Assembly: GCA_041744115.1 (NCBI GenBank)
Contig: JBGTLL010000181.1
Location: forward strand, 120 to 64,119
Source of the DNA: Parvularculaceae bacterium
Lineage (GTDB): Bacteria; Pseudomonadota; Alphaproteobacteria; Caulobacterales; Parvularculaceae
Length of the DNA: 64,000 nt
Direction of reading: 5' to 3'
Numbering within the stretch: the first letter of the stretch is position 1; every line of letters begins with the position of its first letter. Position numbers and translations under genes: made by a program. The notes under the pieces were generated by a model that saw only the letters and a list, made by a program, of their open reading frames with translations, made no database searches and was not told where the DNA came from. Shown here piece after piece: positions 8,312-18,622 of this stretch.

Positions 8312-9889
8312 TTACTCCTCAAGGACAACGCCGCCAAAGGGCGGCAAAACCGCCTCCCGGCCTTCCAGCGCGCCGTCGAGACCATAAGCGAGGAGGCGGC
8401 CGCCGGCGGGAAGCAATACCCGTTCCGGCCGCGACCCAAGATTGAACGCGCAAGTCAGGCGAACTTTCTCATCCATCCGCTGAAAGGCGAGAACCGGTTC
8501 CGGCGTGTCGATAAACCGGATCCGGCCCGTGCGGAGCGCCCTATGCCGCCGCCGGAAATCGATGAAGGCGCGCGTCCGGTTGAGCGTTGATCGCGGATCG
8601 CCCTCTTGTTTGTCGGCGGCAAGCGCATGATGGCGCCGATCGACCGGCAGCCATGGTTCGGCGTTCGAAAAACCGGCGTTCGGCGCCGCCGACATCCATG
8701 GCATCGGCGTTCGGCAGCCGTCGCGCCCAAGGCTGTCGGGCCAGAACCGTATGCCCTCGGGATCGCGCAGGCGGTCAAATGGCACGTCCGCCTGCGGCAG
8801 CCCCAATTCCTCGCCCTGATAAAGAAAAATGGTGCCGCGCAGGCACATCAAGACGCCCATCAGCATCCGGCAAAAGGCGTCGCCGGCTTCGCCGCCGCCC
8901 CAGCGGGTGCGCGAGCGGACGACATCATGATTGGAAAAGGACCAGCTCGGCCAGGCGGTGTCGCTCTCCCAGCTTTCTAGCGCCGTCCTGATGAGACTGG
9001 CGGTCAAAGGCCCGTTCTCAAGCAGAAGAAAATTATACGCCGTGTGCAATCGTCCGGGTTCGGTATATTCGATCGAGCGCGCGACATAGGAATCGCTGCC
9101 GATTTCGGCGACCGTCATCTTGTCTCCATACTGGTCGACGAGTTGGCGGAAGTCTTCCATGAACGCCAGATTGTCCGGCAGCGAGCGGTCGTAGAGATGG
9201 CGCTGATGCGCGTAAGGACGAGCAAACCCGCCCTCGGGGCGCTTCGCCGGATTATTGCGCAGCGCGCGATCGTGAAAATAGAAATTCGCAACGTCGAGAC
9301 GAAAGCCGTCGACGCCGCGGTCAAGCCAGAATTTCGCCGTATCGATAATCGCGGCGCGAACGTCTGGATTGTGGAAATTCAGGTCAGGCTGCTCAGCCAG
9401 AAAGTTGTGCATGTAATATTGGCGGCGGCGCGTATCCCACGACCACGCCTGGCCGCCAAACAGCGAAATCCAGTTGTTTGGCGGCGTTCCATCCGCGTTC
9501 GCATCGGCCCAGACATACCAGTCCGACCGCGGATTGTCGCGTGAAGCCCGGCTTTCCTGAAACCACGGGTGCTGGTCGGACGTGTGCGAATAGACCTGAT
9601 CGATGATCAGCTTCAATCTGGCCGCGTGGATCCCGGTCAACAGGGCGTCGAATTCCGCGTCGGCGCCAAAGATCGGATCGACCTTTTTGTAATCGGACAC
9701 ATCGTAGCCGAAGTCCTTCATCGGCGACCGGAAAAAAGGCGACAGCCACACGCCATCGACCCCAAGCTGCTTCACATACTCAATGCGCGACGCGATACCG
9801 CGAAGGTCGCCGACGCCGTCGCCGTTCGAGTCGCAAAAGCTGCGCGGGTAGATTTGATAAATCACGCCGCCGCGCCACCATTCAGTCAT
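8312..9889 (-). CDS. GH13 alpha-glucosidase (PUL1)
   Basis: WWRGGVIYQIYPRSF; catalytic GFRLD, AEIG and SNHD. Start MTEWW with GAGAGG RBS. Confidence 0.95.
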   Translation of the reverse strand: MTEWWRGGVIYQIYPRSFCDSNGDGVGDLRGIASRIEYVKQLGVDGVWLSPFFRSPMKDFGYDVSDYKKVDPIFGADAEFDALLTGIHAARLKLIIDQVYSHTSDQHPWFQESRASRDNPRSDWYVWADANADGTPPNNWISLFGGQAWSWDTRRRQYYMHNFLAEQPDLNFHNPDVRAAIIDTAKFWLDRGVDGFRLDVANFYFHDRALRNNPAKRPEGGFARPYAHQRHLYDRSLPDNLAFMEDFRQLVDQYGDKMTVAEIGSDSYVARSIEYTEPGRLHTAYNFLLLENGPLTASLIRTALESWESDTAWPSWSFSNHDVVRSRTRWGGGEAGDAFCRMLMGVLMCLRGTIFLYQGEELGLPQADVPFDRLRDPEGIRFWPDSLGRDGCRTPMPWMSAAPNAGFSNAEPWLPVDRRHHALAADKQEGDPRSTLNRTRAFIDFRRRHRALRTGRIRFIDTPEPVLAFQRMDEKVRLTCAFNLGSRPERVLLPAGGRLLAYGLDGALEGREAVLPPFGGVVLEE

Positions 9890-9965
9890 CAGCAATCGCC
9901 TCTCGGTGTTGCACGCGCCAGCGCGCCACAACGGAACGCGGAAGTATAGCGGTTGTCGCCTTGCT

Positions 9966-9982
9966 TGCGCAATCGATTGCCA
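9966..9982. promoter_or_regulatory. LacI-type operator between divergent GH13 and MFS genes
   Basis: 17-bp identity to 7154-7170. Confidence 0.75.
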
Positions 9983-10050
9983 GCGGCAATACTGCGCGAA
10001 ATACAGGCGTCGCGACCGCGCGCGTCGAAATGATCGAAAAGGCGGCCCGG

Positions 10051-11304
10051 ATGACGTCGATCGCCGTAAGGATTGCGTTGTTTTCCGCCTATTTCCTGTT
10101 CGCGGTGCTGCTGAACAGCGTCGGCGTCGTCATCTTGCAGTCGATCCAGACGTTCGGCGTGTCGAAAGAAGCGGCGAGTACGCTTGAAGCGTTCAAGGAT
10201 CTGCCGATTGCGGCGGTTTCGTTTATCGCGGCGTCATTTCTTCCAAGGATAGGCTACCGGCGCGCGATGGTCGCCGGCTTCGCGCTGGTCGCCGCCGCCT
10301 GCCTCGCGATGCCGCTGGCGCCCGGCTTTGCAACCACGAAAATGCTGTTCGTTGCGGTCGGCGTCAGCTTCGCCCTGGTCAAGATTTCCGTTTATTCGAC
10401 AATTGGGCTGCTGACGAAAGACAGCAATGAACACGCCAGCCTTCTCAACCTGATCGAGGGCTTTTTCATGATCGGCGTCCTATCCGGCTATTGGATGTTT
10501 GCGGCGTTCATTGACTCGGCGTCGCCGGCCTCTCCCGGTTGGCTCAACGTCTATTGGCTGCTTGCGGCTCTCGCCGCCGCCAATGTCGCGCTCCTGCTGT
10601 TGATCAAATTCCCCGCCGCGCCGCGCGCGGCCGAAGCGCGAGGGCCCGCCGGCGAATTCGCTGCGATGCTGGCGCTGTTGTGGCGGCCGGCGGTCGCCGT
10701 CTTCGTCGTTTCCGCGTTCCTTTACGTCTTGATCGAGCAAGGCATCGGGACCTGGCTTCCAACGTTCAACAATGAGATTCTCCACCTGCCGTCGGCAATG
10801 AGCGTTCAGGCGACCAGCATATTCGCCGCGGGGCTCGCCGTCGGACGCCTCGGCGCGGGCGTCATTTTGCGACGCCTCGACTGGTACTGGCTCCTGAATA
10901 TTTGCATCGTGGCGATGGGCGCGCTGATCCTCCTGACGCTTCCCCTGACCCGCAATTTCCTTCCGGACCCGCGCCTGACGTGGGCGAGCGCGCCGCTCGC
11001 GGCGTTCATCTTGCCGCTGATCGGTTTGTTCATGGCGCCGATCTACCCGGCCATCAATTCCGTGATCCTGAGCTCGCTGCCGCGCGAACGTCACGCCGCG
11101 ATGGCCGGGCTGATCGTTGTGTTCTCGGCGCTCGGCGGGACGACCGGATCGTTCATCACCGGCCGCACATTTGCCGCGTTCGGCGGCCAGACTGCGTTCT
11201 ATCTGTCTCTCATTCCGATGGTTGCGCTTCTCGTCTCGATTTTCGCGCTGAAGCGCTTTACCGGTGCCGGTCGTCAGCGGCTGGCGGCGGAAGTCGCGGG
11301 ATGA
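10051..11304 (+). CDS. MFS sugar transporter (FucP/glucose-galactose-like)
   Basis: About 12 hydrophobic segments; LEAFKDLPIA and YVLIEQGIGTW. Alternative start at 10030. Confidence 0.85.
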   Translation: MTSIAVRIALFSAYFLFAVLLNSVGVVILQSIQTFGVSKEAASTLEAFKDLPIAAVSFIAASFLPRIGYRRAMVAGFALVAAACLAMPLAPGFATTKMLFVAVGVSFALVKISVYSTIGLLTKDSNEHASLLNLIEGFFMIGVLSGYWMFAAFIDSASPASPGWLNVYWLLAALAAANVALLLLIKFPAAPRAAEARGPAGEFAAMLALLWRPAVAVFVVSAFLYVLIEQGIGTWLPTFNNEILHLPSAMSVQATSIFAAGLAVGRLGAGVILRRLDWYWLLNICIVAMGALILLTLPLTRNFLPDPRLTWASAPLAAFILPLIGLFMAPIYPAINSVILSSLPRERHAAMAGLIVVFSALGGTTGSFITGRTFAAFGGQTAFYLSLIPMVALLVSIFALKRFTGAGRQRLAAEVAG

Positions 11305-11351
11305 GGGTCCGATCGGGAGGTCGCCGGTCGGCCGACGAGGTGACCGCCTGA

Positions 11352-11662
11352 GGATTACTCCGCGAGGCGGGCCAGCGCGACGCCATCGACAAGGCGCTCG
11401 GCGTGTCGCGCGCAGACGAGTTCAAACTTCTCGAAGCGCTCGGCGGCGATGTCGCCGGCGCGCTGACGATTTGGCCGAAGGCGAGACACCGCCGTCGGGG
11501 ACTTACGACTTCGCGCCACGCACACTGAGCGATGACGAACTCGTCGATCTTCTCGATACGCTCCCGGTACGTCCCTTCCTCGCCGGAGATACAGGCCTGC
11601 GCCTTTCCCTTGCCGGCGCGCAATCGAAATCCCCGTCCTCGTGGTTGGTCGTGCTGGTTAAG
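11352..11662 (+). pseudogene. hipA: HipA toxin N-terminal fragment, frameshifted
   Basis: GLLREAGQRDAIDKALGVSRADEFKLLEALGGDVAGALTIWP, then a shift to ...PFLAGDTGLRLSLAGAQSK, then a shift to IPVLVVG. LSLAGAQxK is the HipA Gly-rich loop. Confidence 0.8.
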
Positions 11663-11670
11663 AGGCGCCA

Positions 11671-11695
11671 TGGCGCCCCAAGGGGCAGAATTGAA
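11671..11695 (-). repeat. Degenerate copy of the tRNA-Phe 3' end (att-like site 3)
   Basis: TGGCGCCCCAAGGGGCAGAATTGAA versus TGGTGCCCAGGGGCGGAATTGAA at 50694-50716, same orientation. Confidence 0.75.
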
Positions 11696-12054
11696 ACGCA
11701 AATCTAACCTGCTGATACCAAGCATTGCCTGATGCTCGGATACTGTCGATTTCACGCGCAATTCGAACTCTTTCCGGCGCGACTGATGGAAAGAAGCTGT
11801 GTGCTTCGCATGCGAAGCTTTTACGAATTGCCACATAACCGTCGGAAGCGTAACCGGATTGCGGACTGAATTGCTACCTTTTTCATTTGGTGAATGATCG
11901 CGCCCATGACCAAAAGCGTAGATCGTTGGTCGCGCGCTACGGCAAAGCATCTGATTAACAACGGAAAAAAGAAATCGACCGGGGCCGGAGCGTCAATTTA
12001 TCGGGAACCCATGTGACGAAGGCGGCGAGAAAACATCACTTTGCGCTGTATTTT

Positions 12055-12068
12055 TGCAAAGATTTGCA
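12055..12068. promoter_or_regulatory. Operator TGCAAAGATTTGCA upstream of the MFS-LacI operon
   Basis: One of five 14-bp TGYAA-N4-TTRCA-like sites in PUL2 intergenic DNA. Confidence 0.6.
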
Positions 12069-12104
12069 TAATCCTTCACCGCGCCGCGATTTGAGGATTT
12101 GCCA

Positions 12105-13658
12105 GTGCCAAAACCCGACCTGAGTTTCTGGCGCATCTGGAACATGTGTTTTGGATTTTTCGGAATCCAGATCGGTTTCGGCTTGCAGAACGCCAATGTC
12201 AGCCGAATATTCCAGACACTGGGCGCGGAAGTCGATAGCCTGCCAATTCTGTGGATCGCAGCGCCGCTGACCGGGCTGATCGTCCAACCCATCATCGGCC
12301 ATATGAGCGACAAGACTTGGGGCCGTCTCGGACGCCGCCGGCCCTACTTCTTTTTCGGCGCGCTCGCGACTACAGCCGCGCTTTTCGTGATGCCAAATTC
12401 TCCCGGTCTTTGGATCGCCGCCGGGATGCTGTGGATCATGGACGCCTCAATCAATGTGACCATGGAGCCCTTTCGCGCCCTCGTCGGCGACATGCTGCCA
12501 CATCGTCAGCGTACGCAAGGTTTTGCGACGCAGAGCTTCTTTATCGGCGCCGGCGCGGTGCTCGCTTCAGCAATGCCCTGGATGCTGTCGAACTGGCTGT
12601 CGATTGATAACACCGCGGCGCCGGGTGTTATTCCGGATTCTGTCAAATACGCCTTTTATGTCGGCGCATTCTTCGTACTCGTGTCAGTCATGTGGACGGT
12701 GTTCTCGACAACGGAATACCCGCCAGACCGATTGCGCGCTTTCGCACAATCGGAATCTGCCGAAAAAACTATCCAGCCTGAACTAGAGCCGCTGTCGCCA
12801 AACGCCGGCAGCTACTTTCGCAATGGCGGCGCCTGGCTTATTGCCGGCGGTGCTGCGACCTTTGCGATTGCGCAATTCGCCCTGCAAAAGGAATTGTTCG
12901 TCCTCAGCGTCGGCGGCGCCGTTTTCGGATTGATGCAGATTGCGGCCGGTATGCTGCGTCAGCAAGGCCGGGCGAATAATGCATTCTCTGAAATCCTCGA
13001 TGATCTTTTTTTGATGCCGCGAACCATGAAGCAATTGGCTGTTGTGCAGTTTTTCTCGTGGTTTTCCCTTTTTTCGATGTGGATCTACACAACGGCGGCG
13101 GTAACCGAGCGGCATTTCGGTACGACGGATGCGACGTCAGCTGCCTTCAATGAGGGCGCAGATTGGGTTGGCGTTCTATTCGCGATCTACAACGGCGTCG
13201 CTGCGATTGCTGCATTCGCCATACCGATTCTTGCGGCAAAGACCGATCGCGGCATCGCTCATGCGATTTGTTTATTGTTCGGCGCCGCGGGCTTTGCATC
13301 GTTCTTTTTTATCAGTAATCCCGGAATGCTTTGGATCGCCATGATCGGCGTCGGAATCGCTTGGGCGTCGATTTTGTCCGTGCCATATGCGATTCTCTCA
13401 GGTTCGCTGCCGGCGCACAAAATGGGGGTCTATATGGGCATCTTCAATTTCTTTATCGTCATTCCGCAATTGACAGCCGCGAGCATTCTCGGCGTTCTCG
13501 TGCGCGGCTTGTTTGATGGACAGGCGATCTATGCGCTGCTTTTAGGCGGCGCGAGCCTTGTTGTTGCCGCCGCGGCGACGCTTTTTGTGGATGACTTGCT
13601 TTCAGCGAGGGGTGGGAAGGGGCGGCAGCTGAAGCTGCTGCGTAGAATTGATGGATAG
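12105..13658 (+). CDS. MFS maltose/alpha-glucoside transporter (MalT/SLC45-like)
   Basis: MCFGFFGIQIGFGLQN and GRRRPY motifs; GTG start with GAGGA RBS (ORF-track start 12099). Confidence 0.9.
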   Translation: MPKPDLSFWRIWNMCFGFFGIQIGFGLQNANVSRIFQTLGAEVDSLPILWIAAPLTGLIVQPIIGHMSDKTWGRLGRRRPYFFFGALATTAALFVMPNSPGLWIAAGMLWIMDASINVTMEPFRALVGDMLPHRQRTQGFATQSFFIGAGAVLASAMPWMLSNWLSIDNTAAPGVIPDSVKYAFYVGAFFVLVSVMWTVFSTTEYPPDRLRAFAQSESAEKTIQPELEPLSPNAGSYFRNGGAWLIAGGAATFAIAQFALQKELFVLSVGGAVFGLMQIAAGMLRQQGRANNAFSEILDDLFLMPRTMKQLAVVQFFSWFSLFSMWIYTTAAVTERHFGTTDATSAAFNEGADWVGVLFAIYNGVAAIAAFAIPILAAKTDRGIAHAICLLFGAAGFASFFFISNPGMLWIAMIGVGIAWASILSVPYAILSGSLPAHKMGVYMGIFNFFIVIPQLTAASILGVLVRGLFDGQAIYALLLGGASLVVAAAATLFVDDLLSARGGKGRQLKLLRRIDG

Positions 13659-14679
13659 CCTTGGCGATAATCGGCGCGGGGCGCGCCTGGAGGATCTGGC
13701 GGCGCTCGCTGGCGTCTCGATTGCGACGGTTTCGCGCGCGTTGAACAACAGTCCCGCAGTCCGCGAAGATACAAAACGTCGCATCTGGAAGCTTGCGCGC
13801 GAACACAAATATCCCTTCAGACCGCATATGCCGGCGATCCTGTCGGGAGCTTCATCGACGATCGCCATCGTCATTCCGACACCGCAGGGGCGTCGGAGCA
13901 GCCTTGATGATCCATTTTACATGGAACTGATCGGAGGCGTCGGCGAGGCGGCGCGCGAGGCGGACTGCGACATTCTCATATCTCACGTCGCGCCGAAGAA
14001 TTTTGATGACTTGTCCGAATTGATGTCCTCAAGCCACGCCGGTGGCGTGATCTTTCTCGGTCAAAGTTTTCTGCATGAGCGCTTTAATCGGCTGGTTGCG
14101 GAACAGCACCGGTTTGTCGTTTGGGGGGCGGAGCTGCCAGGACAGCTGTATTGCTCGATCGGCAGCGATAACATCAAGGGCGGCAAACGCGCAACATCGC
14201 ATCTGTTGCGTCTCGGACGGAAGCGTGTCGCATTTTTTGGCGACACTGAAGCGCCCGAGGTTTTGCAACGCTACAACGGCTATCAGCAGGCGTTGCAAGA
14301 ATTGGGTCGCGCGCTTGACCCGGAACTCGTCGCGCCCGTTCATTTTCAGGTGGAATCGGCAGAAGACGCGGTCGAGCGCCTGATGTCCAAAGGCATCCAG
14401 TTTGACGCGATATTCGGCGCCAGCGACCTTATTGCGATCGGCGCGATACGCGGCCTTCTGCGCCGTGGCGTCAATGTCCCCGCGGACTGCTCGGTTGTCG
14501 GCTATGACGACATCATGCTTGCGCAATACAGCCATCCTTCGCTGACAACAATCTCGCAGGATATGGCGAAAGCCGGTCGGCTGCTCGTTTCGCGACTTCT
14601 AAGTTCGTCCGATGGAAAAGATAGTCGTTCCGAACGGCTTGCGACCGAACTCATTGTGCGGGAATCCTGCGGCGCGTGA
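13651..14679 (+). CDS. LacI-family regulator (PUL2) with a non-canonical hinge
   Basis: LEDLAALAGVSIATVSRAL HTH; hinge region YPFRPHMPAIL; PSLTTISQD. Confidence 0.93.
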   Translation: MDSLGDNRRGARLEDLAALAGVSIATVSRALNNSPAVREDTKRRIWKLAREHKYPFRPHMPAILSGASSTIAIVIPTPQGRRSSLDDPFYMELIGGVGEAAREADCDILISHVAPKNFDDLSELMSSSHAGGVIFLGQSFLHERFNRLVAEQHRFVVWGAELPGQLYCSIGSDNIKGGKRATSHLLRLGRKRVAFFGDTEAPEVLQRYNGYQQALQELGRALDPELVAPVHFQVESAEDAVERLMSKGIQFDAIFGASDLIAIGAIRGLLRRGVNVPADCSVVGYDDIMLAQYSHPSLTTISQDMAKAGRLLVSRLLSSSDGKDSRSERLATELIVRESCGA

Positions 14680-16338
14680 TCAATCGAGAAATCGAGCGAT
14701 GTAGCCGGAGCAGGCGGGCAGGGAAGCGGGCGGCCGCGCGCCCTCGTGGCCGGCTCCCGCGGACGCGATGATGCTAAGCCGGTTCAAATTCTCTCCTGCC
14801 CAGGATTGCTCATGTTCCTCTATATTGAAGACGCAGACAAGGCGCTCACTTTCAAATTCTCGCTGAAAGGCGATGACGCCCTGTGAATTTTTGTAGAATG
14901 AAATGGATCCAAGGCGCAGCGACTTTCTGGCGCGACGTACGGAAATCAGCTTGCGAACGAAATGCAGCATCGACCATTGGTTGGCTTCCTGCATGTCTAT
15001 CGCGATTCCATCATGACGCGGATCAACCGGAAGCCATGGCGCCCCCGTCGAAAAACCTGCATTGAGGTCGCCGCGCCGCCAGGGAATCGGCGTGCGCGCG
15101 CCATCCCGTCCGAACGTCAACGGCCAATTGGCGATGGCTTCTGGATCCTGCAACGACTCAAAAGGAATTTCAGCCTGAGGCAGTCCGAGTTCCTCCCCCT
15201 GATAAAGAAAGACGTTTCCGCGCAGGCTGAGCAGCAGCATCGCGTAAAGCTTCGCTGCGCGCTCAATCTGAGCGGCGCGCGCCCAGCGGCTGACGGCGCG
15301 CGGAGCGTCGTGATTTGAAAACGCCCATGACGGCCAGCCTTCGCCCTGGGCGCCGGTCCATGCCGTAAGCGATTTCTGGATAAGCTGCGCCGTCAGCTCG
15401 CCTGAATAGAGAAAATCAAAACTGTATGCGGAATTCAGTCGCTTGTTGTCGGCCGTGAACGCCTTCATCTCGGCGAGAGGATCCGGGCCGCCGATCTCCG
15501 CCACCGTGAAGACTTCCGGATACTGATCAAGAATGCCGCGTGCGCGCTCGAGAAAGCTGATGATATCGGGATGTGACTGATTGTAAATGTGAAGCTGATA
15601 GTCGAATGGACGAGTCAGCTTGCGCCCATCGCGCGGCGCCGGCGGATTGTCCCGGAGCTTCGGGTCATGCATTGAAAAATTCAACGCATCCAGCCGAAAG
15701 CCGTTGACCCCTCGATTCAGCCAGAAGCGCGCGACATCAAGAACTGCGTCCTGAACCGCCAGGTTGTGAAGATTGAGGTCCGGCTGGCTGCTCAGAAAAT
15801 TATGGAGATAATATTGCTGGCGGCGGCTGTCCCACGTCCATGCCGCCCCTCCGAAAACCGATTGCCAATTGTTCGGCGGCGAGCCGTCCTCTTTCGCATC
15901 CGCCCAGACGTACCAGTCAGCCTTTGAATTGTTGCGTCGCCCGCGGCTCTCGGCAAACCAAGCGTGCTGATCGGATGTATGCGAATATACCTGATCGATA
16001 ACGACTTTCAGGCCGAGGCGGTGGGCTTTGGCGACGAGCGCGTCGAAATCGGCGAGTGTCCCGAAAACCGGATCAACCCCGCGGAAATCCGATACGTCGT
16101 AACCGAAGTCGCGCATAGGCGACGTGAAGAATGGCGACAGCCATATCCCGTCGACGCCAAGGCTTCCGACATAGTCAAGGCCGTCAATGACACCTTTAAG
16201 GTCGCCAACGCCGTCGCCGTTCGAATCCCTGAAGCTGCGCGGATAGATCTGATAGATCACCGCGCCGCGCCACCATTCCAGTCGGGGCTCCGCGAGCTCG
16301 GCCGGGAAGGTCGCGGACTTCAAATCTCCTGCTGTCAT
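14680..16338 (-). CDS. GH13 alpha-glucosidase (PUL2)
   Basis: WWRGAVIYQIYPRSF, GFRLD, AEIG, SNHD. Confidence 0.95.
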   Translation of the reverse strand: MTAGDLKSATFPAELAEPRLEWWRGAVIYQIYPRSFRDSNGDGVGDLKGVIDGLDYVGSLGVDGIWLSPFFTSPMRDFGYDVSDFRGVDPVFGTLADFDALVAKAHRLGLKVVIDQVYSHTSDQHAWFAESRGRRNNSKADWYVWADAKEDGSPPNNWQSVFGGAAWTWDSRRQQYYLHNFLSSQPDLNLHNLAVQDAVLDVARFWLNRGVNGFRLDALNFSMHDPKLRDNPPAPRDGRKLTRPFDYQLHIYNQSHPDIISFLERARGILDQYPEVFTVAEIGGPDPLAEMKAFTADNKRLNSAYSFDFLYSGELTAQLIQKSLTAWTGAQGEGWPSWAFSNHDAPRAVSRWARAAQIERAAKLYAMLLLSLRGNVFLYQGEELGLPQAEIPFESLQDPEAIANWPLTFGRDGARTPIPWRRGDLNAGFSTGAPWLPVDPRHDGIAIDMQEANQWSMLHFVRKLISVRRARKSLRLGSISFYKNSQGVIAFQREFESERLVCVFNIEEHEQSWAGENLNRLSIIASAGAGHEGARPPASLPACSGYIARFLD

Positions 16339-18218
16339 TCAACAGGGTCCCATTCGTTCGATTTGCATATGATAAAGCCGACGGCCGGCACGGAAACCTT
16401 AACGCTTCCGGGGGCCATCGACTGCTTCTCGCATGCGCCATAAATTCGTTTCCACGAATCTGAGCGTGGATCAACTCCCACCTGGAGCGTGCGCGATTTG
16501 TTCGACGCATTGAAAGCGACGAGATACTCCCCGCCTTTGGGGAGTAGGCGCGAAATCGCTAAAACGCCGCCGTCCCTTTCCGCTTCGCGTACGACTTGCG
16601 CTCCTCCGCGGAGCGCCTCATGCGCCTTGTAGAGTTTCGCCATCGACGCGATGAACCGGTACAAAGGGTGATCGCGGCCAAAGTTCGACTGCGCGGTCGT
16701 GTCGTCTGTGCCAATTAAATCGTTGTCATTGTAAGAGGCGACCTTGCTTGGGAACATGTCTTCCCGGGCCGCTTGATCCTTGCCGTCGCCGTTGAAACCT
16801 TGCTCATCGCCCGCATAGATCACCGGCACGCCGCGCAGAAAAAAGAGCATCGCATGGGCCAGCTTCAGCCGCGCGAGCTTTTCCTTGTCGCTCGCCTCGG
16901 GGTTTCTCGCACTGATGAAAGTCGCAAACCGGCCCATGTCGTGATTGCCGAGGAAAACGGGCAGGAGACCGGCCGCGGATTCGCCCCCTTCGTACAAAGC
17001 ATCATACTCAAAGAGTTCGGCAAGACGCAGGGCAGGGGCGCCATTGACCACTACGTCCTGCACGGCGGACTGAAAAGCGAAGTCGAGAACCTGCGGAAGT
17101 TTATCGACGCGAGTAAATCTGGCGAGGCCGGCGGCGTTCGGATTATAGGCTTCGCCGAAAATGTAGAAATTAGGAATGCCGGCCGCGTTCGCGCGCGCGA
17201 GCATCGCCGCCGAAAAAGCAGCCCAGAATTCCGGAGCGACGTGGCGGGCCGTATCGATGCGAAAGCCGTCGATGCGGTATTTTTCAATCCAGTCGCCATA
17301 GATGGCGATAAAGCCGTCGAGAACGCGCGGGTCTTCTGTCAACAGATCATCAAGCCCGCTGAAGTCGCCATAAAGCGCGCTTTCGCCAATCCAGTTTGAA
17401 TCGCCGCGGTTGTGATAATACCGCGGATCATTCAGCCAGGAGGGCGTTTTCGCATTCTCTTCGGCGGCAGGCACATAAGGCGTGTACGCATAATCGTCAC
17501 GAACGAGCTTTTCAAAGTTTTCGACCGTTTGAAACGGCGGTTGGTCGCCGAGAAATCCCTTATTGATCGGCGCGCCGGCGACAGTCCCGCGCGTCGAATA
17601 GGGATAGTTCGCTTTGTCGCGATACGGGCAGCCGCCGGTCTCCCTGTCTGCGCCCGGGTATTCCCGGTCGTGACATTCGCGAAGCTTTATGACGTCAGCG
17701 GTGTGGTTGGTGATGATGTCGAGATAAACCTTGACGCCGCGTGCGTGCGCGGCATCGACGAACGCCTTCAGATCCGCATTCGATCCATAGTGGGGATCGA
17801 CCGTTGTGAAGTCCGTGATCCAGTAGCCGTGATAGCCGGCGGATTCATCGCCAGGCGGGCCCTGAACCGGCTTGTTCTTATAGATGGGGCCGAGCCAGAC
17901 GGCGGTGGCGCCCAGTTGCGTAATGTAGTCGAGGCGCGACTTAAGGCCTTTGAGATCGCCGCCATGGAAAAACCCTTTGTGCTCCGGATCAAAGCCGGTT
18001 TGCAGCCTGTCGCCTGATATGTCGCCTTTGTCATTGGAGAGGTCGCCGTTCTCAAACCGGTCGGGCAAGAGGAAATAGATAATTTCGTCTTGAGGCGGGC
18101 GGTGAATGTAGGAATCAACCGTCGCCGCATTCGCCGGCGCCGCGCTTGCGCCGGGCGCCAAGGATGCGAGAAGCGCAGCGCACGCCCCTGTCCTCAATCT
18201 TGAATGCAAGGCGGCCAT
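16335..18218 (-). CDS. Secreted GH13 alpha-amylase/cyclomaltodextrinase-like enzyme
   Basis: Signal peptide; YFLLPDRF, YHGYW, DIITNH, GFRIDTARH, FGEAY, GNHD. Confidence 0.92.
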   Translation of the reverse strand: MAALHSRLRTGACAALLASLAPGASAAPANAATVDSYIHRPPQDEIIYFLLPDRFENGDLSNDKGDISGDRLQTGFDPEHKGFFHGGDLKGLKSRLDYITQLGATAVWLGPIYKNKPVQGPPGDESAGYHGYWITDFTTVDPHYGSNADLKAFVDAAHARGVKVYLDIITNHTADVIKLRECHDREYPGADRETGGCPYRDKANYPYSTRGTVAGAPINKGFLGDQPPFQTVENFEKLVRDDYAYTPYVPAAEENAKTPSWLNDPRYYHNRGDSNWIGESALYGDFSGLDDLLTEDPRVLDGFIAIYGDWIEKYRIDGFRIDTARHVAPEFWAAFSAAMLARANAAGIPNFYIFGEAYNPNAAGLARFTRVDKLPQVLDFAFQSAVQDVVVNGAPALRLAELFEYDALYEGGESAAGLLPVFLGNHDMGRFATFISARNPEASDKEKLARLKLAHAMLFFLRGVPVIYAGDEQGFNGDGKDQAAREDMFPSKVASYNDNDLIGTDDTTAQSNFGRDHPLYRFIASMAKLYKAHEALRGGAQVVREAERDGGVLAISRLLPKGGEYLVAFNASNKSRTLQVGVDPRSDSWKRIYGACEKQSMAPGSVKVSVPAVGFIICKSNEWDPVE

Positions 18219-18284
18219 GCCTCCCCCTTTTGAATTTGACGATTCGCGAACGAGTGTTGCACCTTGCCATACCTCAGCCTGCTT

Positions 18285-18298
18285 TGCAATATTTTACA
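18285..18298. promoter_or_regulatory. Operator TGCAATATTTTACA
   Basis: Matches the PUL2 14-bp consensus; upstream of the amylase. Confidence 0.55.
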
Positions 18299-18463
18299 TT
18301 TTTGTCTGTGACCTGCGCGCAACAACGCCAAGGAGGTAAGGATCGTCAGAAAAGCCTAATGAAAACAACAAGTTCAGCGATCTAACCACGAATCTCAAGC
18401 CTGCTGGACCTTGGAGCAATTTTGCTGCAATGCGGTAATGCTTGAATTGCGCTTGCTTGTGAT

Positions 18464-18477
18464 TGCATTTTCTTACA
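18464..18477. promoter_or_regulatory. Operator-like TGCATTTTCTTACA
   Basis: One mismatch to the PUL2 consensus; upstream of TBDR2. Confidence 0.45.
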
Positions 18478-18622
18478 TTGTCGAAGCAGCGGGGATAGCT
18501 TGGTGTCGGCTTTCCGCGACCCGTTCCTCGGATAGGGTGAATCCGTAGAAATCCTGACGCTGAGAATACTTACCGGCGCGTCCGATCGCCGGGCGAAACG
18601 AAAGTCAAGGAGGGAAAGCGTT

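Noticed and set aside
11700-12050. Possible gene or ncRNA in the AT-rich gap, and in the 18218-18623 and 26730-27005 gaps
   Set aside because: No recognisable protein motif or riboswitch fold by eye; an Rfam/Infernal scan would be needed.
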